Shown here: piece by piece, positions 9,452-17,262 of the stretch
How the letters are laid out: every line of letters begins with the position of its first letter
How positions within the stretch are numbered: the first letter of the stretch is position 1
Origin: Candidatus Heimdallarchaeota archaeon
GTDB lineage: Archaea; Asgardarchaeota; Heimdallarchaeia; JABLTI01
Direction of reading: 5' to 3'
DNA length: 32,000 bases
Assembly: GCA_030614005.1 (NCBI GenBank)
Contig: JAUWKS010000013.1
Span: forward strand, 30,001-62,000
Notes under the pieces: model-generated
The model's database searches: none
The model's input: only the letters and a program-made list of their open reading frames with translations
Told to the model about the DNA's origin: nothing
Made by a program: the position numbers and the translations under genes

Positions 9452-11227
9452 CTAAACTTGACTCCTATAGACAATTGCATTCGGTACTCCCGCAATATTA
9501 GCTACGACTATTAATCCGTGCTGTGAAAAGAATTCATGAATGTCAAAGAAATATAGAGTCACTCTTTGAATATCAGTCGTTCGAACAACAACATACGTAC
9601 CTTTTATTGAGAATTTTTCTAAAGTATCACTATCATTCAGTCTCCATATTGGACTTGTAAATTGTGAACGTATGAAAGTAATTGAAATATTTTTATTCAA
9701 ATAAGCGTAACCACCTGTATACCAAACCATTTCTAGAACAATAAGCCTTTCAGAATCTTCTTGTTGCCCTACCCAGTACATTGCATTACAGATGCCTGAA
9801 TTCCATTTCCACATATAGTTTTTCTTAACTAATCCCATATACAATGAAGATGTGCTTAACATAACCAGAAGTAAACCTAAAACAACATATTGAAACTGTT
9901 TTCTTTTAACCAATTTCGAAAATTTGTAAATACCATTAGCAACGAAAAGCATGCCAAGGGGAAGAAAGGTCATTATAAATCTAAATTCTTTATGAGCAAT
10001 GGATGAGAAAATTGCTAACCAATAGAACATTAAAATTAAAACGAATACTTTTGACTTGGTCTTTTCCTTAAAAATAAGTCCAAAAATGAGTAAGAAAAAA
10101 AAGATGAATATGAAGATATAGGCGAAATCAGTGAAAAATCCGGCAAAGTATTGGAACCAGGGAGACGTACCATGATATGCACTATTGCCTTCCACAATAT
10201 TATATCGAAAGTAATTGATAGGCGAATGAAGAAAGGTACCCCAAGTAAATAAATCTAATAATCCCTGGAAGAGAACCATCAAAAATGCTCCCCCACAAAA
10301 ACTTGCTAGAGTTGAAAACGAATTAAGATATTCACCTCTACTTAGAGGTTCATATGTTTTCTCTTTCTTCTTAGCTAACGTTCTAAATGAAATAGCTATT
10401 TTTCTGCAAACATCTACAATAGGTTTGTATAAAATTGCAATTGCTAGAGGTATCCCCATAAGAGCTCCTGGAAATCGTATCATAAAAGATAGTCCTAATG
10501 AAAGTCCGGCAATTGCAGAAAGAGTGACTTTCCTCTTCGCTTTTTCATGTCTTATCGCCTTATAAATTAGAAAAATGCTTAGAAAGAGAAAATCAGAAGA
10601 CAATGAATCTGTCATAGTTCGACTCGCCCAATAAGGGAAAAACCACCAAGTACCACAAATAAATGCACTTATTAAACCAACGATTTTATTAAACATCTCT
10701 TTGCCAAATAGATATGAAACTACAACAGTAATTATTGAGAAAAGAGAAAGAAATAATCGAGCCGAATAAATCAAAACCAATGGATCTGTTATTCCGAAGA
10801 GCATTAGAAATTTATAGACCCCAACAAGTATTAAAACAAAGAACCATGACCTTGCTCCACCAAATCGATAAGCAGTGTTGTATTCCCAAGGAATGGTTTG
10901 ACCTGTTCCATATTCCCCATATATCCAATAATGAATCATTTCAAGCGATTGAAAGACTTCATCAGGATGAACAAACCCTTGGGATTCTTGTGCAGCTAAG
11001 AGACGAAGAAGAATGGATAAAATGATAATAACTGTCAAAGGTAAATAATTGAATATTTTTTTGAAAAACGTTGTACTAACAACATCAGAGAAATTCTTTC
11101 TAGTGGGCATGTGTTCATTCACTTTTTCTTGATCATGAATGGAGAATTGAGTTTTAGTAGGTTGGTCTCCATCGAGCAAAAGCCATTCTCTCCAGTTTAG
11201 GTATACAAGGTTAGAAATATTAACCAT
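9452..11227 (-). CDS. Polyprenol-phosphate-mannose-type mannosyltransferase, GT22 (PIG-B/Alg9-like), multi-pass membrane protein
   Basis: HPDEVFQSLE after the first TM and HKEFRFI late in the membrane region match PIG-B/Gpi10 signatures as I recall them. About 10 or more hydrophobic segments. Start could be a later Met (MPTRK, 11110). Confidence 0.82.
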   Translation of the reverse strand: MVNISNLVYLNWREWLLLDGDQPTKTQFSIHDQEKVNEHMPTRKNFSDVVSTTFFKKIFNYLPLTVIIILSILLRLLAAQESQGFVHPDEVFQSLEMIHYWIYGEYGTGQTIPWEYNTAYRFGGARSWFFVLILVGVYKFLMLFGITDPLVLIYSARLFLSLFSIITVVVSYLFGKEMFNKIVGLISAFICGTWWFFPYWASRTMTDSLSSDFLFLSIFLIYKAIRHEKAKRKVTLSAIAGLSLGLSFMIRFPGALMGIPLAIAILYKPIVDVCRKIAISFRTLAKKKEKTYEPLSRGEYLNSFSTLASFCGGAFLMVLFQGLLDLFTWGTFLHSPINYFRYNIVEGNSAYHGTSPWFQYFAGFFTDFAYIFIFIFFFLLIFGLIFKEKTKSKVFVLILMFYWLAIFSSIAHKEFRFIMTFLPLGMLFVANGIYKFSKLVKRKQFQYVVLGLLLVMLSTSSLYMGLVKKNYMWKWNSGICNAMYWVGQQEDSERLIVLEMVWYTGGYAYLNKNISITFIRSQFTSPIWRLNDSDTLEKFSIKGTYVVVRTTDIQRVTLYFFDIHEFFSQHGLIVVANIAGVPNAIVYRSQV

Positions 11228-11263
11228 AAAAAACTATTCCATATGCTACTATAACACAAGTAT

Positions 11264-11271
11264 TTTATAAA
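11264..11271. promoter_or_regulatory. Palindromic TATA box (TTTATAAA) in the 79-bp divergent intergenic region
   Basis: Self-complementary TTTATAAA almost equidistant from ATG 11227 (minus) and TTG 11307 (plus). SD-like GAGGT at 11296-11300. Confidence 0.5.
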
Positions 11272-11306
11272 TAATAGAACTCGATATTACATACAGAGGT
11301 AGAAAA

Positions 11307-13427
11307 TTGAGCGACTATATACATACTATCAGCTTCAAAGTTCTCATAGATTCTGAAGTGGTGGATTTTACGTTTAGAGTTCCACGAGGAACGTTGCTAA
11401 TCCAAGTATTGGATGAACTTGAAACAACGCTGAAAATTCAGCCAAGGGTTATTGCTACAGTAAATCATGATGGAGAAATAGTTATTATCGAAAACCATTA
11501 TTCCACCGTTGAGTACCTTATGCAAAAACATGGAACTGATTTTTATGCTGGCGGATCAAGTATTGTGACATTCAATCATGGAGAATACATTATTGATCTA
11601 GAAGTTCCAGAAGCAATTCCATTTGCATCATCCTTTAGAACAGCCTGTAAAAGCTTCTCGATAATGCCAAGAGATGTCTCTATGGAAAGACAAGATGGTC
11701 AAGTGATGGATTATGAAATATTTCGTATGCCCACCGCTTTTGTGCTAAACTCTTGGGGGAATTTTTATCGAATTGTTGATCGCGAATTAGGTGATCCTTT
11801 AATTGATCCACCAAAAGCAGTTGAAGAAGAGTCGCTCACACATACAGAGCAAACTTCTGAAGAAATAAAATCGGAACAAGATTCAATGGTCTACCCACCG
11901 AAATTAGATGGTTCTGAATTAATAGATGCAGCTTCAGTAGTATCTGAAATAGATACTTTGACTGATCATTTTGTTGAATCCTCCTTATCTGATGACCAAG
12001 AAAAACCAACAATTGAATCATTAATGGATGAAATACGTATAGATAGTGAAACCGATTTAGACGATGACGAAGAGGAGTTTATGACTCAAGCAATTGACGA
12101 ACCCTTAGCAGATTCTGTTATTACAGATGTTTCACACATAGAGGAGAAGGAGGAGGAACCTGAAGGCGTTCCCCTAAGTGAAGTGATTGATTTTGACGAT
12201 GAAATAGAAGCTTTAGAGGATGAAACAATTGCTGATGAAGAGGAAGAAGATGATTTAGAAATTTTTGCCCAAGATTATGAAGAAGTAACGGATTTTGAAG
12301 AAGTTGATACTGAAGAACAAATTTCCGATGAATTTGTTGATGAGGATGAAGAGGTCATTGACGATCTTCCAATTGAAGAAACTTCTCCATCATTTGAAGA
12401 AATGATAACAACTTCTGTAATAGAAGAGAAAGTAGAATCAGATGAAGTTGAAGAACCTGAGGAAGAAAAAATAGTTACTCAACCATTTGATGATGAGCAA
12501 TTTATTGATTCAATCAATGATCATTATGTTGAAAAAGATACGAGTGATCAAATACCAGTATTCTCTACTGATGAAACAGAAATAACCGAAGATGTTGAGG
12601 ATGAAGACTTAGACGAAGACCCTCAAGCATTGGATGATTTGACGGAAGATATGGTTATCAAATCCGAAGATATTTTCGAATCTGATCTCAAAGAGATAGA
12701 TGAAGTAACTGAACAACCAGTAGTTGCTCCTATTCAGGATGATTTGTCTTTAGACCAAAGATTAGAGATTAGAAAACAAGAGCTAGTTACTCTTGAAAAA
12801 ATCTTAAGTGAAGAAGAGAAATTAAAAGTAAAGATACAACAAAGGACAATTACCATCGATTATTATGAGAAAATGAATCCACGAAAAATATATCCAATAG
12901 CGGTGAAAATTTCACCTACTACTTCACCTAAACAAAATAAATTCACTGACCAACTAAAGATTGTACCGATATTTCCAGGTTGTTATGTAACTCCCCATCA
13001 AGAAATTATTGAAATAAATGGTGAAAGTGATATTGATACAGAATTCACTGTAACACCTCTAATTAGCAAAGGAATAGTAAATGGAAAACTTGGTATCTGG
13101 TATAAAGAAAGAAATATTCTCAATATCAATACTAGATCAAAAATAAGGAATTATTCGGGTTGCATTGTTAGTAGCATATTGGCATTTCTATTTGGAATTA
13201 TGCCTTTTATGTTTTTAATATTCAATTTTAATTTTAATGAAGCTTTAGCAACTGGAATAAATAACATTCTTTCAACATCATTGACAACTACTTTGTTAAT
13301 GATTATTGAAATAATTCTGTTAGTAGTTTTCCTTGGCCTAATGGTAGGGTTTATTTTCGTAGGGAAACCAGCAAAACGAAAAATAAAACGCAAATTTTAT
13401 CCTGTTGCACCTCAATCTGATGATTAA
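11307..13427 (+). CDS. Membrane-anchored protein: two tandem UFM1-like beta-grasp domains, long acidic disordered linker, short coiled coil, beta-sandwich-like domain, two C-terminal TM helices
   Basis: TTG start with GAGGT SD. aa 7-83 and aa 86-162 each resemble UFM1 (SFKV..S, VP, DG, KHG; LEVPEAIPF, DG, RIVDRELG). aa about 170-475 are D/E-rich. Hydrophobic helices at about 13157-13230 and 13290-13365, followed by a basic tail. Confidence 0.75.
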   Translation: MSDYIHTISFKVLIDSEVVDFTFRVPRGTLLIQVLDELETTLKIQPRVIATVNHDGEIVIIENHYSTVEYLMQKHGTDFYAGGSSIVTFNHGEYIIDLEVPEAIPFASSFRTACKSFSIMPRDVSMERQDGQVMDYEIFRMPTAFVLNSWGNFYRIVDRELGDPLIDPPKAVEEESLTHTEQTSEEIKSEQDSMVYPPKLDGSELIDAASVVSEIDTLTDHFVESSLSDDQEKPTIESLMDEIRIDSETDLDDDEEEFMTQAIDEPLADSVITDVSHIEEKEEEPEGVPLSEVIDFDDEIEALEDETIADEEEEDDLEIFAQDYEEVTDFEEVDTEEQISDEFVDEDEEVIDDLPIEETSPSFEEMITTSVIEEKVESDEVEEPEEEKIVTQPFDDEQFIDSINDHYVEKDTSDQIPVFSTDETEITEDVEDEDLDEDPQALDDLTEDMVIKSEDIFESDLKEIDEVTEQPVVAPIQDDLSLDQRLEIRKQELVTLEKILSEEEKLKVKIQQRTITIDYYEKMNPRKIYPIAVKISPTTSPKQNKFTDQLKIVPIFPGCYVTPHQEIIEINGESDIDTEFTVTPLISKGIVNGKLGIWYKERNILNINTRSKIRNYSGCIVSSILAFLFGIMPFMFLIFNFNFNEALATGINNILSTSLTTTLLMIIEIILLVVFLGLMVGFIFVGKPAKRKIKRKFYPVAPQSDD

Positions 13428-13518
13428 CAGACGCTGTTAATCACTTTCATTTTCTAAATGCTCTAGAAAGATTTTAATATAAACTAAATAAAAAAACAAG
13501 AGAAGGTGTTAAGAACAA

Positions 13519-13737
13519 ATGAATGATTTCAACGCATTCCTTGGACCAAAAGGTTTACTAGCATTTGCAATTATTTTCGTAATTTTAGGAATAGCCGCAC
13601 TCGCATGGTTATTCATGTATCAAGAAGCAGACCCTGATAGAACATTTCGTGGTTCAGTAGCTAGAGCGTTTTCTGCATCAATGTTTTTAGGATTTTCAGC
13701 CTTTCTCTTTGTTATTTGGAGCGGCGTACTAATATAA
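13519..13737 (+). CDS. OST5: OST5/TMEM258-like two-TM oligosaccharyltransferase small subunit
   Basis: 72 aa with two TMs. ILGIAALAWLFMY and ASMFLGFSAFLFVIWSGVLI align with TMEM258 LAIGMFFTAWFFVY and [20 protein letters not shown] (recalled). SD-like GAAGGTG upstream. Confidence 0.8.
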   Translation: MNDFNAFLGPKGLLAFAIIFVILGIAALAWLFMYQEADPDRTFRGSVARAFSASMFLGFSAFLFVIWSGVLI

Positions 13738-13756
13738 TTTCAATAATGAAACGAAG

Positions 13757-13774
13757 AGCGATCGTTTGATCGCT
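13757..13774. terminator. Hairpin between the convergent OST5-like and ThiF-like genes
   Basis: Perfect 7-bp stem agcgatc / gatcgct with 4-nt loop gttt, followed by T-rich sequence on the plus strand. Confidence 0.55.
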
Positions 13775-13796
13775 AAACTTTAATTTTATTAGTTCT

Positions 13797-14543
13797 TCAA
13801 TGGTATTTTGCATTTGAGCATTTGTTCCTAGATTTAATCTTGATGGAATCAAAGAGCATTGAACCGATATCAATGAATAATAATCTATTAGTTAACAATG
13901 GTTTTTCTTTTAACATAACTCTAGTAGCTTCGGCAATCTGTAAACTACCAATTAACTGTATTATACTCGGATGAATGCCAGTTTCTGCTGAAGATGGAAG
14001 TGCATTATCATCAATATGACCAAATAAACACTCGATACAAGCGCCTCCTCGAACAACTGTCATTACATTCCCTGCTAAACCGCTAACCGCACCAAATAGG
14101 AAAGGTATATCGCTTTCTAAGCATTTCTTGTTAATTGCGAATCTTGATGTGAACCTATCTAAAGCATCAATAACAAAATCAACATTATCAGTTACAAGAT
14201 CAACATTTCTAGTAGAAACCTCTTCTTGAATGATTTCAATTTTAACATCTGGGTTTAGCTTTTCTAAGAATTTTTTAGCCGCATTTACCTTTGGTTTGCC
14301 TACATCCTTTTCACGGTATAGCATTTGTCTTTGTAAATTTGATAACTCAACAATATCTTTGTCAAAAAGTCGCAGGTGACCCACACCTAATGCTGTAAGT
14401 TGAGTTGCAGTAACAGAACCAAGACCTCCAGCTCCAACAATTGAAACTCTTGCTCGTCGAATTTTTTTCATACCCTCAACACCAATTGTTGGGAGATTAA
14501 CAAAACGAGAATATCTGCCTGTAGAAAAATTGTTTTCGTTCAA
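13797..14543 (-). CDS. ThiF/MoeB/HesA family E1-like adenylyltransferase
   Basis: RYSR, VGAGGLGS, DIVELSNLQRQ, GKPKV, DALDRF and CIEC motifs. Likely start is TTG 14543 (in frame with the ORF-track start 14576, downstream of a GGAG and the HD gene stop). Confidence 0.92.
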   Translation of the reverse strand: MNENNFSTGRYSRFVNLPTIGVEGMKKIRRARVSIVGAGGLGSVTATQLTALGVGHLRLFDKDIVELSNLQRQMLYREKDVGKPKVNAAKKFLEKLNPDVKIEIIQEEVSTRNVDLVTDNVDFVIDALDRFTSRFAINKKCLESDIPFLFGAVSGLAGNVMTVVRGGACIECLFGHIDDNALPSSAETGIHPSIIQLIGSLQIAEATRVMLKEKPLLTNRLLFIDIGSMLFDSIKIKSRNKCSNAKYH

Positions 14544-14547
14544 ATCT

Positions 14548-15138
14548 TTATTTCTCCATAAGTAGTTCTTTTGCAAGTTTCTTAACTAAGCTAAATTCAT
14601 AATTGTCAACTTCTTTATTGAAACTAATGAAAAAATCACTAAACATCTCTTTAGAGAGGCCATTTCGAATATAATTGTTCAGCTGAAGAATTGTTTCAAG
14701 ACGATCTGCTTCAGATACAATCCTTGCTTCTATTGATTTCTTTTCCTGAAATTCAGCGAAATATTCTTGCAAAATTTTCCCTTGTTCTTTAGGGAGCTTT
14801 GCAAATAATGATTTTGCCGCATTTTTATCAAGGTCATGTTTGAATGCATCATATTTTTCCGGAGAGAATTTTCTTATGCAACGATTAATATCTTGAGATA
14901 CACTTTCTGAGAGATCATGAATATGGGCCATAATTAGTGCTTTCTCTAGATTGATTTCCTTTCCTTTAGCTTTTTCATCAAAACAGATTAGCATAGTTAT
15001 CATAGTAACAAATTGACTGTGGTCTGCAACACTCTCTACATCTGAAAGCGGAACACCGGAGTAAATCCAACCACTTCTAACAATTCGTTTAAGGCGGATG
15101 GCTTCTTGTAAAAATGACAATAGATTAATTTCATGCAT
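14548..15138 (-). CDS. HD-domain phosphohydrolase (YfbR/HDDC2-like)
   Basis: LKRIVRSGW, ESVADHS, AHIHDLSES (HD) and ADRLE motifs. Confidence 0.9.
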   Translation of the reverse strand: MHEINLLSFLQEAIRLKRIVRSGWIYSGVPLSDVESVADHSQFVTMITMLICFDEKAKGKEINLEKALIMAHIHDLSESVSQDINRCIRKFSPEKYDAFKHDLDKNAAKSLFAKLPKEQGKILQEYFAEFQEKKSIEARIVSEADRLETILQLNNYIRNGLSKEMFSDFFISFNKEVDNYEFSLVKKLAKELLMEK

Positions 15139-15229
15139 TTATATCACACATCTTATAATAATTCAGTTTTAATTAAAAATGATTGGCAATTACTTTCAAA
15201 AAAAGAGTTGGTTGGTAAATTGTTCCAAC

Positions 15230-15997
15230 CTATGTATAAAAGTTGCTCTTTTTCCTTGCTTGTCGGGGTGTTCCAGCAGACATTTCATTTGTCTGAAGTG
15301 CTAATTCTGAAAGTTTCTTTTTAATGGATTCAGATTGCTCAATCAAGGTTTCAACATTGATATCTAATTCTTTCAAGTCATTGATAATTTTAACAAGAGA
15401 GGCAGCCCCACCAGGATCAGGGAGTTCAGGTCTTGTGCCTACAAGAAACGCATAACCATCTATATCACTTATCATGGTTTTATTTAGAATTGCACCAGCA
15501 AACCCTTTGATAAAGCCACTTTTCAGAGGAGGAATTTTCAGCTTCTCTGCTTTATTTTTAATTTCGGGTTCGGAAACCATATACACTTTCCCTTCATCCT
15601 TTCTATTGAGATAACCAAATCCATCAAGGGTTATAATTTCCTTTGCTCCATGCCCTTCTGCCCACGACATAATAGCATTGGAAATAAAGTATGCTGCTTC
15701 TGGAGAAACAGCACTTTCACCAATAAATACTGCAATTTTCAAATCCTTCTTCCCCATAATCCGATAGGGATGTCTCAGATACCCATCTAGGAAAACAGCA
15801 ACAGGTGGTATTGCAACGCCTTCAATAAAACCAATGGTTTTTAGTTCCAATTTTTCACTTATATGTTGGGCAGCAATCGCTCCAGTTAATCCCATACCTG
15901 GAAAACCAACAATAACTGTTTCTACATCAAAATCAGTTTTACAGATGCATCGAGCATACATCTCACTACTTTCAATTAAACTTCTATCATAGTTCAA
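15230..15997 (-). CDS. PAC2-family proteasome assembly chaperone (archaeal PbaA/PbaB-like)
   Basis: IVGFPGMGLTG, RHPYRI, ITLDG and PDPGGAASL, followed by LDINVETL and a helical C-terminal tail. Confidence 0.88.
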   Translation of the reverse strand: MNYDRSLIESSEMYARCICKTDFDVETVIVGFPGMGLTGAIAAQHISEKLELKTIGFIEGVAIPPVAVFLDGYLRHPYRIMGKKDLKIAVFIGESAVSPEAAYFISNAIMSWAEGHGAKEIITLDGFGYLNRKDEGKVYMVSEPEIKNKAEKLKIPPLKSGFIKGFAGAILNKTMISDIDGYAFLVGTRPELPDPGGAASLVKIINDLKELDINVETLIEQSESIKKKLSELALQTNEMSAGTPRQARKKSNFYT

Positions 15998-16204
15998 AAT
16001 ACATTTCTCCTACTTTTTTTTTGAAATTAAATGTTTAATATTTCGTAAATATATACTATCTTCTACCATTATTTAGACTTGTTGTTTTTTTTCTTTGTAA
16101 AAAACTCATCAAATATTAATAAAATGTTAAAATTCAGCTAAAATCTTAATATTAAAACAAATGAAAGGTCGGAGAATTGGCTCCGACAAATTGCTGTTTG
16201 AAAA

Positions 16205-17092
16205 TTATTTTTTCTTCTTAACGATTTCGACCATTTTCTTTATATGTTCTGTAGTGGTTCCACAGCATCCTCCAAGAACTTCAACACCAAGTTTTTGGAT
16301 TTCTAGCATATCATTAGCAAACCTAGCAGGATCGATTGGGTAGAGATTTTTACCTGCGACAGTCAATGGTGCACCAGCAGTAGGTTGTACGATAACTGGT
16401 TTCGTTGCAACATTTTTGATCTCCTTAGCTAGTCCTATCATTTCATAGCTACCAAGTGTACAACCGCAACCAACAACATCTGCTCCGGCTTTTTCCAAAC
16501 GAGTAATGGACTCTTTCACATCCATATTACACAAAGGTGTTCGATATCCTTCAGCAAATTTGTCAAAAGTCATTGCTACGATAATAGGTAAATCACTTGT
16601 TTCTTTTACACTCTTAATGGCTTCTTCCGCTTCTTCGATGTAATACATTGTTTCAATACTAAACAAATCTACATCTGCTTTCGTTAGGGCTTCGATTTGC
16701 TCATCAAAAGCTTCACGGAACATTGCTAACGTATAGTCTCCACCATCACGTTCTAAAAGCACTGCATTAGGACCAACATTTCCAGCAACAAAACCATTTT
16801 TTGGGCAAACACTTCTAGCAATCTCTACCTGACGGGTATTGATTTGTTGAATCTTTCCTTCGAGTTTTTTACCTAGGCCAATAATAGTTGCACCATATGT
16901 ATTTGTGTGGATAGCATCAACACCGGCATCAAAATGTGCTTTATGTATCTCTGCAATAATCTCTGAAAAGTAAGCTGAAAATCTTTCTGCAGAATCGCCT
17001 AGTACTAATCCTTTCTCAAGGAGCTCTGTTCCCATTGCTCCGTCAAAGAAAACGGTTCGTTCTTCTATTAGATCAAGTATTGTTTTCTTCAT
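16205..17092 (-). CDS. Homocysteine S-methyltransferase domain protein (stand-alone MetH N-terminal domain)
   Basis: FFDGAMGTEL, TNTYG, IETM and GGCCGTTTEHI, plus the Zn ligand region VGCGC. Likely start is MKKTIL at 17092 (ORF track 17128). Confidence 0.9.
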   Translation of the reverse strand: MKKTILDLIEERTVFFDGAMGTELLEKGLVLGDSAERFSAYFSEIIAEIHKAHFDAGVDAIHTNTYGATIIGLGKKLEGKIQQINTRQVEIARSVCPKNGFVAGNVGPNAVLLERDGGDYTLAMFREAFDEQIEALTKADVDLFSIETMYYIEEAEEAIKSVKETSDLPIIVAMTFDKFAEGYRTPLCNMDVKESITRLEKAGADVVGCGCTLGSYEMIGLAKEIKNVATKPVIVQPTAGAPLTVAGKNLYPIDPARFANDMLEIQKLGVEVLGGCCGTTTEHIKKMVEIVKKKK

Positions 17093-17262
17093 AATTTTCA
17101 CCAAAACTACAACTTTTTTCTTTCCCAATAGTAATTGTTTCTAGTTTTAAAAAACGTTCCTCAAGAGGAATAGGTGAAGAGAAATAATCAAAACTTTGTT
17201 AAAGTGAAATAAACCTTATTCTAAGGTAGTTGAAATTAACCTTTCAATCCAAGTTGATTGTA

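Noticed and set aside
11814-12730. gaa/gat-rich stretch as a tandem DNA repeat or CRISPR-like array
   Set aside because: It reflects D/E-rich coding sequence, with no fixed-length repeat-spacer periodicity.
13797-14576. Calling the E1-like protein a true UBA5 orthologue
   Set aside because: It lacks a UBA5-type C-terminal UFM1/UFC1-binding extension and an evident catalytic Cys, and looks like a generic ThiF/MoeB protein.
14548-14576. 29-bp overlap between the HD and ThiF-like genes
   Set aside because: An in-frame TTG at 14543 after a GGAG removes the overlap.
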